Counted from the stretch's first letter, positions 1 to 10,991 are shown. The stretch: 64,000 bases of DNA from Promethearchaeota archaeon (GCA_019058295.1 JAHPZI010000001.1:1-64000), one strand, 5' to 3'. The notes: generated by a model not told the origin, from the sequence alone. Numbers and translations: made by a program.

Positions 1-98
1 GTTTGGAAGGTTTTTACGAAATTTTTATAGGTTTTCTGGAGGTGATCAGCAATAATAAAAATATTTTGAGGTTTTTTTTCTAAAGATGGTTTAATCAT
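1..98 (-). CDS. 5' part (runs off window) of a probable DrmA-like DEAD/DEAH helicase
   Basis: ATG at 98..96 gives MIKPSLEKKPQNIFIIADHLQKTYKNFVKTFQ, resembling the 'xVFxxxxxLxxxYxxYVxSF' N-terminus of DISARM-type large helicases. Its position downstream of SNF2 and MTase genes fits. Only 32 codons are visible. Confidence 0.55.
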   Translation of the reverse strand, partial: MIKPSLEKKPQNIFIIADHLQKTYKNFVKTFQ

Positions 99-131
99 TA
101 CTTCTACCTTTTTTCAATTAATAAGAACTGT

Positions 132-593
132 TTATTTTTTTTTTATAACTTTTTTAAGTCTATTTCTTAAATTTATGTTAAACCAATTTACCCCTCTCCT
201 TGGTTCAAAAAGGAGATTATATTCTTTCAAATATTCTTTAATTTTATTAAATGCTGGTTTGGCAGAGAAAATTAAAATCGGTGCCTCTTCTTTCAAATTG
301 TCAATGATGTTTAAAAAATCTAATTTTAAGTTATCATCTTCAACTATTTTTTCAATCGCAGATGTTGTAAAAGATATTATTATTCCTTCTAAATTAGATA
401 TTTTTATTGTTTGATCAATGATCTTTAACTTTTTGTCAAAGATTATTTTTATACTTTTTAGCTTATCTTCAGATAACAGAAAAACTTCCACATCTGAGTA
501 TTTTTTAACAAAATTAACAAAATTAAATAATGTTGATAATATAAATCCTTCAGGATTTTTACCTTTTGTATTATCACAAATTATAATCCACAT
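132..593 (-). CDS. hypothetical alpha/beta protein within the DISARM-like operon
   Basis: 153-aa ORF, co-oriented, with short gaps (31 and 33 bp) to both neighbours. No motif recognised. Confidence 0.6.
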   Translation of the reverse strand: MWIIICDNTKGKNPEGFILSTLFNFVNFVKKYSDVEVFLLSEDKLKSIKIIFDKKLKIIDQTIKISNLEGIIISFTTSAIEKIVEDDNLKLDFLNIIDNLKEEAPILIFSAKPAFNKIKEYLKEYNLLFEPRRGVNWFNINLRNRLKKVIKKK

Positions 594-624
594 AATTATA
601 GTTTCATGATTTTAATTTAAATAT

Positions 625-3600
625 TTATCTCTTAAATAACTCCTTTTTCTTTCCGAATTTATCAAAAGCTTCTAATATTAATAATTTTGTGTGATATTCA
701 TTATATTTTTCTAATTCCTTCTTTTTTAATACTGGAAATGTTTCTAAAATATAAATCAGATCTTCTCGGCTAATATTATATAGATGAGCGTAAATTGCAT
801 CTAGTTCAGATTGTAATTTTGCTCTTCTTCCCATATCCCATTTAAATGGCTTTCCTTCATATCCAATATCTTTAGCAAAATCTTTTAAATCATATGAAGT
901 ATAAACTAGTTCAATTACTCTTGATTTAATTTCTTCTAATAGATTTTCATTATAAAAATTAGGAGGGAAGATTGGTACCTGTTCTATAAAAAAGAAACTA
1001 AGATTTGGTCCTGAAATTTTCTGACGAATAATATAATCAATGATAATTGAACTTAAATTAGCAATGAGACCACATATTTCAGTATTATGATTCTGAACTA
1101 AGATTAAAGGTAATGAATTTCCAACTCCACAGTATGGAATTACCGAAAATATAAAAGTTCTTGTTCTTGTTGCTCTATTTATTGATCTAAAACCTAGAAA
1201 CCATTTTTTATCATAATCTGGAAGTCTCTCTTCAATATATCTTTTCTCAATCCAATAATTCGGAGTAGCATAAAAATAGGGATTTATATACTCACTAAGC
1301 GTTGTTCTAACTGACTTTGCCTTAGTTTTTTTACCTTCTTCACTAAATTCCATAGAATTTAATCGATGATTGTAAAATGAGATCATTCTCCCTTCATATA
1401 GAGGAAAGTATTCCTTTTTCTCTTGATCTATCCAAATTCTATTATTAATATCCGCATCAACTGGTCTAGCCCCAGTATTTTTAAGCATATCATAATTTAA
1501 AAAAAGTTCTGAGTCATTTGACATATCAAAATGTCTCTTAAATTCGAATTTCCAAGGATTTGAAATGATTTCTTTACTATTTACTTTTTTAAGTCTGAAG
1601 ATTGATGTTTGTTGATATAAATGTCTTAATAAATCAGCATCTTTTTTAATCTTAAAGGATGGGCAAGTTAAAGTATTGGGATTAAATAATTTAAAATCAT
1701 CTTTTTCTAATGGAATTAAGATATGGTCATCAGGTAACTTTCTAATATTTTCTCGTAAATTTTCCTTAGAACTGAAAATTATTGTTAATGGATTTTGGAT
1801 TTCTTCTGGTTCTAAGGTATAAAAGGTCATAGGGATAATTTCTTGAGTAATTTCCTTTCCACATAAACTAATAAGACAAAATCTAAAATCAGTAATAATG
1901 TCAAAAATTTTATTTTTATTTTCAAAATCAAAAATATTTAATATTGAATTATTTTCAACAAACGCTTGAAATAAATTACTTAAATGATAATTTGTAATAA
2001 TTGCTGTGGGAGTAATTATTCCCGCATATCCTGCAGCAGAGATCAGACGCCAAACCCTCTCTGTAAATAATGCAAATGTATTTCCAGTCCCTTTACTTGA
2101 TAAGGGATAATATCCAGAATTCCTTAAGAAATGACTTATTTTTTTTTTTGATCGCCAAGCTTTTACATATTGATTATGTAATTTTTTATTCTTACTCTTC
2201 AACTCTTTTATTAACTTTCTTCTTTCAGATTGATTTTTTGCATTCAAGATATCATTTTGACTTTCAAAAAATTCCATCTCTTTAAGTTGAATTTCTTCCC
2301 AAGGTGGATTAGTTAAGATACAATCAAATCCTTTTCTTTCAGAAGAAAATACTTCAGGAAATTCAATAAACCAGTGAAAGAATTGATTTTCTCCTGCAAT
2401 ATTGTTAATTTTTTCCATTAAGGTCAATAACCATGGATCAGCAGATTTATTTCTTAATTGCTCAATAGTGGTATATCTTGGAATTTCACCTATTGCAGTA
2501 CCTTCGAATGGCCAGTAGAAAGTGGAGGTCCAAATATTTGCCTCATTTAATGCTTGTTGATAATTCTCATTTTGCCTTAATTTTTCATATTTAATTTCCT
2601 TTTGCTTAATCTTTTCTGGTTTAGTCTCGGACATATCAATGATTTTTTGAAATTCTATACTACAAATATCTGCTGTCCTAGTATCCGTCATAAATGCCGT
2701 AATTGTTGTTATTTTTTTCTTAGATTTTTTCTGTTCTTTAATTTCATCTCTAATTATTTTTCGAGCCATATTTTGTAATTTGGTATTTTCATTCGGTATG
2801 CCAGTACTTTTATTTCCTGAAATAGCCTTAAACGAATCAGGTTCAATACCACTTATTTCAGTTTTTTGTCCCAATCCAATTAAACTATTTCCACATTTAA
2901 TATGATTATCCAAAAAATTCAGAGGTTTATCTTTAACGCAAGCTCTCAGCCAGAGAGACATTTTTGCCAATTCTACAGCAAGTGGATTCATATCTACCCC
3001 ATAAATACAGTGTTGAAGTATTTCTCTACGTGCCTCTCTCAATTCATCTTCTAAGGGAGAATCTGATCCAGTTCTCACTTCTGCTAACTTTTTCCCTAAA
3101 TAGTCTAATGCGGATAGTAGGAATGTTCCCCCTCCACATGCGGGATCACATACTTTTAAATCTAATATAGCTTTTTCTTTTTCATCTTTATCATCTCCCG
3201 TTTCTTTTAATCGATCTTCTACAAGTGGTTGTAGAGTTGTTCTAATTAAAATATCAATCAAAGCTCTTGGTGTGTAGTATGAACCGGTACTTTTTCTTTC
3301 AGTTCCTTCAATCAACTGAAAAGTATATTTTTTATTAATGTAAGGTTTAAAATCTAAAAGAGATTCATAAATTGCACCTATTTCCTCTTCCTTAATTTCA
3401 AGAAAATTGATTCTCTGTCTTATGTTATTAGTTCCAGTGGTTGTTAATAAGCGAATTATCATTAAAAGAACATCATTGGAGAGTTTTAATTCATTTTTTA
3501 AAATTATTTTAAGATTTTTACTATAAAATAATCCACCATCATACGCATTAATTTCCAAAAACTTATTTCCTTGTCCTACTATATTAAATGTCAGAAATAA

Positions 3601-4635
3601 TTTATTCCATAAATCGTAATTTCGTTCAACCTTGATGGGTTTTTCGGCTAACATTCTGATCGAAGACAGAGAGAATCCTTCAAAATAAATACTTCCTGCC
3701 CCTGGGAGCATTTCTCGTTGTTCAGCATACAGGATAAATATAATCCGATAAATAATCCTCAACAATTCAGCATAATACTCCTCTTTATCAAAATCCCCCA
3801 CCATCACTAAATCTAAGAATTCTGGATTTTGCTGGATTAACTCATTTCCGAGTAGTTCTAGGGCATCGTGAACATTATCTCTAAGAGCATCCCCGATTTT
3901 AATTCCTTCTGCAACGGACTCTTTTTGAAATTCTTCAATTAAGAACTCATGATCTTTTGGTTTAGGAACAAATCGACTAGGATGAATTATAGCATATAAC
4001 GCATCAAACTCTTTCTTATCTCTATTGGCAAATATATTCTCTAAATCAAATTCTAAGTAACCCTTTGAATAAGTATGATAGTATTTAGTTAGTATTCGTA
4101 AAATTCTGCCATTTGATAGGAATAACCATTTTATAACTGGATTTAAATTAATAAATTGCTGACAAGTAGTATGATGTGAATTTTTTCGAGGATTTAAGTT
4201 AGTCTTAGATTCAAGATCATCTTTAACATTAACAAATTGAAAAAATGGATTTTCATGACCCTTCGATTGATGACTAATAGTATATCCAGCTAAGGGATTA
4301 TCTTCATCAATAATTTCTTCATTAAATTCAAAATCTTCTAATTCATAATTGAATTGCGAAAAAAAAGGAAATAGCCACTGTTCAATTAATTCTTCTAAAG
4401 TAAATTTATCTATTTTTGGGGATATCTCATCCCATTTCTCCACACACCATTCAAAAACATTTCTTCGAACATCCTTAACCTTTTTTATTTCCTGTTTTTT
4501 ATCGTCCTCAATAAATGATTTAATCTTACCAATTTTGAGCAATTCAGGATTATCGCGTAACCTAAGAAGAATATTCTCTGAAAATAATCCTCCACTCACT
4601 CTAATATTTCTTAAAAGTGAATTTTTTGAGACCAT
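625..4635 (-). CDS. large N6-adenine DNA methyltransferase (Eco57I/type IIG-like, DrmMI-like)
   Basis: RKSTGSYYTP, motif I DPACGGGTF, IYGVDMNPLAVELAK, motif IV TNPPW, and a C-terminal 'YILETFPVLKKKE' typical of DrmMI-like proteins. Confidence 0.9.
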   Translation of the reverse strand: MVSKNSLLRNIRVSGGLFSENILLRLRDNPELLKIGKIKSFIEDDKKQEIKKVKDVRRNVFEWCVEKWDEISPKIDKFTLEELIEQWLFPFFSQFNYELEDFEFNEEIIDEDNPLAGYTISHQSKGHENPFFQFVNVKDDLESKTNLNPRKNSHHTTCQQFINLNPVIKWLFLSNGRILRILTKYYHTYSKGYLEFDLENIFANRDKKEFDALYAIIHPSRFVPKPKDHEFLIEEFQKESVAEGIKIGDALRDNVHDALELLGNELIQQNPEFLDLVMVGDFDKEEYYAELLRIIYRIIFILYAEQREMLPGAGSIYFEGFSLSSIRMLAEKPIKVERNYDLWNKLFLTFNIVGQGNKFLEINAYDGGLFYSKNLKIILKNELKLSNDVLLMIIRLLTTTGTNNIRQRINFLEIKEEEIGAIYESLLDFKPYINKKYTFQLIEGTERKSTGSYYTPRALIDILIRTTLQPLVEDRLKETGDDKDEKEKAILDLKVCDPACGGGTFLLSALDYLGKKLAEVRTGSDSPLEDELREARREILQHCIYGVDMNPLAVELAKMSLWLRACVKDKPLNFLDNHIKCGNSLIGLGQKTEISGIEPDSFKAISGNKSTGIPNENTKLQNMARKIIRDEIKEQKKSKKKITTITAFMTDTRTADICSIEFQKIIDMSETKPEKIKQKEIKYEKLRQNENYQQALNEANIWTSTFYWPFEGTAIGEIPRYTTIEQLRNKSADPWLLTLMEKINNIAGENQFFHWFIEFPEVFSSERKGFDCILTNPPWEEIQLKEMEFFESQNDILNAKNQSERRKLIKELKSKNKKLHNQYVKAWRSKKKISHFLRNSGYYPLSSKGTGNTFALFTERVWRLISAAGYAGIITPTAIITNYHLSNLFQAFVENNSILNIFDFENKNKIFDIITDFRFCLISLCGKEITQEIIPMTFYTLEPEEIQNPLTIIFSSKENLRENIRKLPDDHILIPLEKDDFKLFNPNTLTCPSFKIKKDADLLRHLYQQTSIFRLKKVNSKEIISNPWKFEFKRHFDMSNDSELFLNYDMLKNTGARPVDADINNRIWIDQEKKEYFPLYEGRMISFYNHRLNSMEFSEEGKKTKAKSVRTTLSEYINPYFYATPNYWIEKRYIEERLPDYDKKWFLGFRSINRATRTRTFIFSVIPYCGVGNSLPLILVQNHNTEICGLIANLSSIIIDYIIRQKISGPNLSFFFIEQVPIFPPNFYNENLLEEIKSRVIELVYTSYDLKDFAKDIGYEGKPFKWDMGRRAKLQSELDAIYAHLYNISREDLIYILETFPVLKKKELEKYNEYHTKLLILEAFDKFGKKKELFKR

Positions 4636-4653
4636 TTTTAATTACCTTTATTA

Positions 4654-7600
4654 TTAATCCATAAAATTCCTAATATAGTAAATTTCATCATCTTCTAAAT
4701 TATATAAATTAAAAATAAAATCATCAATCTGATTTTCCATTTCTACATTCTCTTCATTTTGAATTAAGTGCTGAACCATTTCAGAGATTTCTACTTGATT
4801 TTCTTCCAAATTCAATGGAATGGGCAAATTCTTAATGTTTTCTAATAATATTCTTGGAAAAAGATCTTTTTCTTTATACATTATTGTGTAATAAAAATTC
4901 ATAATTTTTGAATTGAGTATGCCTAAAATACTATAATAATCATATTTCTCATCAATTAATTTAATATTATATATTGCTTGAATTGTAACGAAATTATCGC
5001 TGATATCGACCATTGCATTAATTGAATCACCAAGTTGTCGTAATACAATCTTGGGTGAAGCATACAAATCAGCTTTTTTTATTTCATCAATAGGAATATA
5101 TTTCTCAGAAAAATTGATCTCATATCTTTGAACATCTTCCCCTCTTATCAATCTCTGATTTGTTAGGGTTGAAACTTCTTCTATTAAATCAGATTTTCTC
5201 CCCAACTCTTCACCCCTATGAGCATCTATTATATCTCTAAATAGAAAGGAGTTTTCTTTTATTTTTGATAGGATATTTCGAACAGTTTCTTTTAAAAATA
5301 AAATACGGGATTTAGGTAGTTCTAATAAAAACTTTTGTGGGATAAGTACAGTTTCACCAAGGTTATTTCTAAATTCTTCGAGATCAGCATAACGCGAAAA
5401 TGAGAGCTGATGAAGATTATGTGGCTTTTTTTTACATAATACTATTATTATATTTGCCACACTCGCATCTGCAAACACATTGTTGATTTGAATTATTTTA
5501 TTAATTGTACAATTAGTCAATAGGAATGACCTTATAAATTCAAAGCTACTACGTCCAAGAAAAGAATCTGGAATAATTAGTCCCATACTTCCGCCCGGTT
5601 TTAAAAGCTTATAACATCTTTCTAAGAATAATGAATAGAGATCATATTGTTTAACAGCGGATTGAAATTGGTTCTTGTAAAAATGCTTTTCTTTATTATT
5701 TATTTCTTTTGAACTTAAATAGGGGGGATTAGTAATAATGATGTCGAATCCTTTTGATTTTCTTCTAAAAACTTCTGGAAACTCTAAATACCAATGAAAA
5801 AAGTAATTGATTTGTGCTATATGATTTGCTTTTTTCAAAATTCCTTTACTTTTATCATTTAGAATCCCTTCTTTAAATTCCTCTAATAAAGTATTACTTG
5901 GATAGATTTTAACGGACTCCTCATCAATAGGCCAGAAATAAGTAGCGATATTTAAATTACTTATATTTAATAATTTTAGGAAGTTCTTATTTTTGCGTAA
6001 TCGATTATATTCTATCTCTTTTTTCTTAAAGTCTTTAATATCTGCCTCATTCATTTGTAAAATATTTTGAAATTCATCCAACTCAGAAATTAGATCCTCC
6101 CTTTCTGAAATAAAAGATGTAATATGAATAATTTTTTTCTTGGATGTTGATATCATCGCTACCTCTTTCTTTATATGGTCTCTCAACTTTTTATGATCTG
6201 GTTTTAAATCCTTGTTCGCTTTATTTGGAGATTTAAAATTTTCTGGTTTGATGTATAAATCTTTATGATATTCATCCAAACCAATTAAAGAATTTCCATT
6301 TTTTATATGATTATTTAGAAAATTAAGTGGCTTATCATTTACACTTGCTCTCAACCAAAGAGAAACCTTTGATAATTCAACCGCTAATGGATTTTTATCT
6401 ACACCATAAATGCAGTTTTGAAGTGCATCTCTTCTTGCTTCTCTTAAATCGTCATCTGAAATACTATTAAATTTGGTTTTTGCTTCTACCATTTTTTTTC
6501 CTAATAAATCCATAGCAGAAAGTAAAAAAGTACCTCCCCCACATGCAGGATCACATATTTTTATTCCTTTTAAGCGCTCCAGTATACGATCAGAGGGTTC
6601 TCCAAGAGATTCCAAATCGTCTATATGAGCCCCTAGTGTTGATTCAATTAATAAATCCACAATATTTTTAGGAGTATAATAGGATCCTGTGCTTTTCCTT
6701 TCTTCACCTTGAGCCAGTTTAAATTGAGAATTTCTATCAAAATCTGGTTTAAAATCAAGGAGGGATTCATATATGGCTCCAATTTCTTCTTCAGTGATTT
6801 CAAGAAAATTGATTTTTTGAAGAACGTTATAGTTCTTGGAAGTTGTCAATAATCGAATTATATTCAATAATACATCATTCGATATTTTTAAATCATTACT
6901 TATTATTATTGGTAAATAATCATCATTAAACAGAGTTCCATTAAAAGAATTGATATCTAAAAGATCACTCCCTTCACTCACTAATCTAAAGGCAATGAAG
7001 ATCTTTTTCCATAAATCATAATTCTTTTCTGCTTTAATTGGATTTTCTGATAAATATCTTAGAGAAGAAAGAGAAAATTCTTCGAAATAAATAGAATCCA
7101 CTTTTGGCAACATTTCTCGCTGTTCTGCATATAGTAAAAAAATGATCCTATAGATTATTCTTAAAAGTTCTGCATAATATTCTTGAGGATTAATTTCATT
7201 GGCTATTATTTTCTCTAAAAACTTGGGATTTTGTTGAATTAATTCATCACCTAGTAATTCGATAGCATTGTGGACTTTATCCCTTAAAGCGTCGCCAATT
7301 TTTATGCCTTCAGAGACAGATTCATTCTGAAATTGATTAATTAAAATCTCTTGATCTTCAGATTCCGCAATGAATCTGCTTGAATGTAAAGTGAAATAAA
7401 GTGTTTTAAACTCGATCAAATCACGATTCGAAAAAATGTTTTCTATATCAAATTCTAAAAAACCTTTTGAGTATGTATGGTAATATTTTGTTAAAAAGCG
7501 TAGAACTCGTCCATTTGAAATAATTAACCACTCAATTTCAGGATTAAAATTGACAAATTGCTGGCAAATACTATGATGTGCCTTTTCTTGAGGATTGGAA

Positions 7601-8025
7601 GGAATTTTTGAATCAAAATCTTCAGTGACATCTAAAAAATGAAAAAAAGGATTGATATGATCTTTAGATTGATGAGTTATATGAAAATTTTTAATAGGGC
7701 TATCCTCATCAATATTATCTTCATTCATTTCAAAAAGGTCTAGTTTATGGTCAAATTGCTCAAAAAAAGGGATTAACCATTTTTCAATCAACTCCTCTAA
7801 TTTCCAACTGTCAATATTAGGTGAAATCTCATCCCATTTTTGTTTACACCATTCAAAAATTTCTACTTGTTTAGTATCTAATCCTTTTTTCGATAATATT
7901 TTAAAAGTTTCTCTTTTTCCAATATTTAACTTCGTTGGATTATCACGTAATCTTAATAGGATATTTTCAGTAAATAACCCGCCGCTAGAACGAATATTTC
8001 TTAAAAGTGCAACTTGACCTGCTAT
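4654..8025 (-). CDS. second N6-adenine DNA methyltransferase, paralog with a TaqI-C-like target recognition domain; start extended to ATA at 8025
   Basis: DPACGGGTF, TNPPY, and C-terminal 'ILGILNSK...LKNLPIP'-type TRD. The frame is open 78 codons upstream of the track start (7791) and reads IAGQVALLRNIRSSGGLFTENILLRLRDNP, colinear with the paralog's MVSKNSLLRNIRVSGGLFSENILLRLRDNP. Confidence 0.85.
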   Translation of the reverse strand: MAGQVALLRNIRSSGGLFTENILLRLRDNPTKLNIGKRETFKILSKKGLDTKQVEIFEWCKQKWDEISPNIDSWKLEELIEKWLIPFFEQFDHKLDLFEMNEDNIDEDSPIKNFHITHQSKDHINPFFHFLDVTEDFDSKIPSNPQEKAHHSICQQFVNFNPEIEWLIISNGRVLRFLTKYYHTYSKGFLEFDIENIFSNRDLIEFKTLYFTLHSSRFIAESEDQEILINQFQNESVSEGIKIGDALRDKVHNAIELLGDELIQQNPKFLEKIIANEINPQEYYAELLRIIYRIIFLLYAEQREMLPKVDSIYFEEFSLSSLRYLSENPIKAEKNYDLWKKIFIAFRLVSEGSDLLDINSFNGTLFNDDYLPIIISNDLKISNDVLLNIIRLLTTSKNYNVLQKINFLEITEEEIGAIYESLLDFKPDFDRNSQFKLAQGEERKSTGSYYTPKNIVDLLIESTLGAHIDDLESLGEPSDRILERLKGIKICDPACGGGTFLLSAMDLLGKKMVEAKTKFNSISDDDLREARRDALQNCIYGVDKNPLAVELSKVSLWLRASVNDKPLNFLNNHIKNGNSLIGLDEYHKDLYIKPENFKSPNKANKDLKPDHKKLRDHIKKEVAMISTSKKKIIHITSFISEREDLISELDEFQNILQMNEADIKDFKKKEIEYNRLRKNKNFLKLLNISNLNIATYFWPIDEESVKIYPSNTLLEEFKEGILNDKSKGILKKANHIAQINYFFHWYLEFPEVFRRKSKGFDIIITNPPYLSSKEINNKEKHFYKNQFQSAVKQYDLYSLFLERCYKLLKPGGSMGLIIPDSFLGRSSFEFIRSFLLTNCTINKIIQINNVFADASVANIIIVLCKKKPHNLHQLSFSRYADLEEFRNNLGETVLIPQKFLLELPKSRILFLKETVRNILSKIKENSFLFRDIIDAHRGEELGRKSDLIEEVSTLTNQRLIRGEDVQRYEINFSEKYIPIDEIKKADLYASPKIVLRQLGDSINAMVDISDNFVTIQAIYNIKLIDEKYDYYSILGILNSKIMNFYYTIMYKEKDLFPRILLENIKNLPIPLNLEENQVEISEMVQHLIQNEENVEMENQIDDFIFNLYNLEDDEIYYIRNFMD

Positions 8026-8027
8026 TT

Positions 8028-10991
8028 TTAACCCCCTCCAATAGGAGGATATATTAATGTTATAGTTAACAAGTCAATGCCGACCTTTTCAATTTCATCA
8101 ATACCCTGTAAATCTGTTGTAATTCCCTGATTTTTCAAATTAGCAATCATTTCTTTTCGTTCATCAATAATTTTTTCCAATCTTTCCTTTGCAAATGAAT
8201 TCAACAATTTGTCAAAATTGTGAATCGCCAATGCTTTGTTTAGATGCTTCTTTAACTCAATATCCTTTTTAGAATGGTTCTCCCAATCTGCTTTCCAAAT
8301 TGACTCGATTATTTCGGTACTTAGAACCTCTCCACTAAACAAATCAATCCCAATTCTAGTGATCTCCTCCATTAAACCCTTAGGCTCAGTATTGACCAGA
8401 TACCTAATTTTTATATGAAAGACAGCTAAGGCTTTTGAAGCCTCTTTGCTAAGAAAAGCTGCGGTCCGTCCATAAAATTCATTATCCACTGCAAAAGCCT
8501 CATTTTTTACCTTTTCTACTAGACCAGAAATTAGCGGATTTTTTAAATTGACTGCTTCTATATCATTTCGTGAAGCACTGATTTCTCTATTAGGAGTGAT
8601 TAAGTATTTATCTTCAAATTTAACTCCAATATCTTTTTGAACTTGGTCGGGAAGGGTAATCTGTAGAACATCTTCCTCATCCTTTTCCTCTTCTATAGAG
8701 CCATCATATAAATCTACAGCTCTCTGAATAAAATTAAGTAGAGTATTTGTATTTCCAATTTCTTGTTCTGTTAAGAGCATCCGCTGTTCTATTTCTTCAA
8801 GGTTAATGTTATTATGACCGTAAAATGAATCTTTAACCATTTCTTCTACGTTTTTCTTTGAAAAGAAGACTGAAACGATATCTTCAATTACTTCATGTGA
8901 GAATTTGATCCATTGATCCAACGTTTTTTGAACGTCTTCACGCTTTTCTTTTCTCCTTTTTTCTGTAAGATGATCAATTACAGATTCAGGATCTCCAAAA
9001 AATCCAGGAACAAAACCATAAGCTTTTTTAATCTCATCTGCCTTATGCACTAATGCTTCTAAAATATCCATCTCCAATGTATCCTTTAAAATTAGGGTTC
9101 TAATATACACTTTTTCTTTTGGTTGACCAAATCGATCAATTCTGCCATTTCTCTGCTCTAGCCTATTTGGATTCCAAGTTAGTTCATAATTAATTATTTG
9201 ATCTGCTGAAAATTGCAGATCAATTCCTTCTGCCATGCAATCTGTAGTAATTAAAATCCCATTTTTAGACCTCAGAAAACCATCGTATACGTCTTGTCTT
9301 TTTTGTGAAGCCATTTGACCATGAACAGTGAATAAATTAATATTCTTGAACTTTACAGTATTTTGAGTCTTATTTTCTAATTTTTCTTTAATATAATTTA
9401 AAGTATCGATATATCTTGTAAAGATTATTATTTTTTTTGAGATTTTGAACCTTTCTGGGAGTATGTAATTGATTAACTGATTGATTTTATTATCTTGATT
9501 CATTAATTCAATCGCAGATCTTTTTACTTTTATCAAAAGTTCTTTTTCTTTCACTAAATCTTCTGCTTTTTTAGATAAGATTAATTTATCATTTCGTAAA
9601 TCGAGTTCTTCCTCTGTTAGCCTGTCTGTTTCATAACCATCCATTACAGATTGAGCGGCCTCCTCAGTAGAGATAAAAGAATCTGTTTCATTTATTGCTC
9701 TAAAGTTTTTATTTATTTTATTATCAAGTTCTTCTAATCTGTTTTCGACAGAGCATTTTAAAGCATTTGGAGAGCTGATTGCTCGTTTATGGAAATGCAA
9801 TATCGTCCAATAGCTAAATTTCCTTTTCTCCTCAGGATCATTTTTTCCTCTGCTGAGTACATGTTGAGAAAATTCATTTATTAACTTAAAGCACTCATAG
9901 AATTTTTCAGATGCATCGATATAAACTTCTTCGGAATCACGTTCGGGAAAAGGATTTTTTTTATATTTGCTTTTTGATAACCAATCTTCCACATCTTTTC
10001 TTCTGCGCTGACAAATATGATTTATTGCTAAATCTCTATTAATCTCAATTTCGATTTGACTTCTACCATAATTAATGATAGCAGGATTAACCATCTCGAG
10101 TAAACTAGCAAAAGAATCTTTATAACCATTATGAGGGGTTGCTGAAAGCAATAATATATGAGGATATTTCTTCTTATTAGCTAATGCTTTAGCAAAACCA
10201 TAACTTTGTTTAAATGATTTTGAGCTTTCATCATCAGAACCTAAATGGGGACGCATAACATTATGAGCCTCATCAATTACAATCATATCCCAATCAAACT
10301 GAAGTATCTCTTCTTTAACACCCGGGCGCTTTCCATAGTCTATAGACGTAATAATGAAATTATAGTAACCCCAAGGATTACCCCCAACTAAAAGTTCAGA
10401 TTCTAAATATCTGCGATTTCGACGGGACATTATTACTGCATCGATACCAAAAAAATGCTTTAAAATAGTCTGCCATTGTTCTCGAAGATTTGCCGGAGTC
10501 ACAAATAAAACTCTATTAATCCTCTTCCTTCCTAGTAATTCTTGAAGAATTAAACCTGATTCTATTGTTTTGCCTAAACCTACATCATCTGCCAATAGCA
10601 ATCTCACGTTTTTTAGATTTAAAGCCATTAAGACTGGAACCATCTGATAAGAAATCGGAATCACTTTTGAATTCTGAAGGCTAATAAAGGAAGTTGTGCT
10701 ATAAATTAAATCGAGCTTTATTGCGTCTAACAAAAGCTTTTGATAAACAGGAGAACCAATCTTTTCAGCAGACGGATTTGGAACAACTGATTTTTTAATA
10801 GGCTCAATATCTGGTATTAAAAGCTGAGTTGAAGGTTGTCCTGTGATATTACTTACAGAATAAAGGATAAATTTCTTTAATTCTTCATGAATTTCTTTTT
10901 CTTTTATGATAATTTGATCAATTCGCCATAATCTATCTCTAGCTTCCACTATTTCTCCAATCTTAAAATCAGTCTCTAAAGTCAAATTCAA
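8028..10991 (-). CDS. SNF2-family helicase, DrmD-like
   Basis: LLADDVGLGKT, DEAH, SATPH, EGIDLQ, WNPNRLEQRNGRIDRFGQ. It lies directly upstream of the MTases as in DISARM class I. TTG start. Confidence 0.88.
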   Translation of the reverse strand: MNLTLETDFKIGEIVEARDRLWRIDQIIIKEKEIHEELKKFILYSVSNITGQPSTQLLIPDIEPIKKSVVPNPSAEKIGSPVYQKLLLDAIKLDLIYSTTSFISLQNSKVIPISYQMVPVLMALNLKNVRLLLADDVGLGKTIESGLILQELLGRKRINRVLFVTPANLREQWQTILKHFFGIDAVIMSRRNRRYLESELLVGGNPWGYYNFIITSIDYGKRPGVKEEILQFDWDMIVIDEAHNVMRPHLGSDDESSKSFKQSYGFAKALANKKKYPHILLLSATPHNGYKDSFASLLEMVNPAIINYGRSQIEIEINRDLAINHICQRRRKDVEDWLSKSKYKKNPFPERDSEEVYIDASEKFYECFKLINEFSQHVLSRGKNDPEEKRKFSYWTILHFHKRAISSPNALKCSVENRLEELDNKINKNFRAINETDSFISTEEAAQSVMDGYETDRLTEEELDLRNDKLILSKKAEDLVKEKELLIKVKRSAIELMNQDNKINQLINYILPERFKISKKIIIFTRYIDTLNYIKEKLENKTQNTVKFKNINLFTVHGQMASQKRQDVYDGFLRSKNGILITTDCMAEGIDLQFSADQIINYELTWNPNRLEQRNGRIDRFGQPKEKVYIRTLILKDTLEMDILEALVHKADEIKKAYGFVPGFFGDPESVIDHLTEKRRKEKREDVQKTLDQWIKFSHEVIEDIVSVFFSKKNVEEMVKDSFYGHNNINLEEIEQRMLLTEQEIGNTNTLLNFIQRAVDLYDGSIEEEKDEEDVLQITLPDQVQKDIGVKFEDKYLITPNREISASRNDIEAVNLKNPLISGLVEKVKNEAFAVDNEFYGRTAAFLSKEASKALAVFHIKIRYLVNTEPKGLMEEITRIGIDLFSGEVLSTEIIESIWKADWENHSKKDIELKKHLNKALAIHNFDKLLNSFAKERLEKIIDERKEMIANLKNQGITTDLQGIDEIEKVGIDLLTITLIYPPIGGG

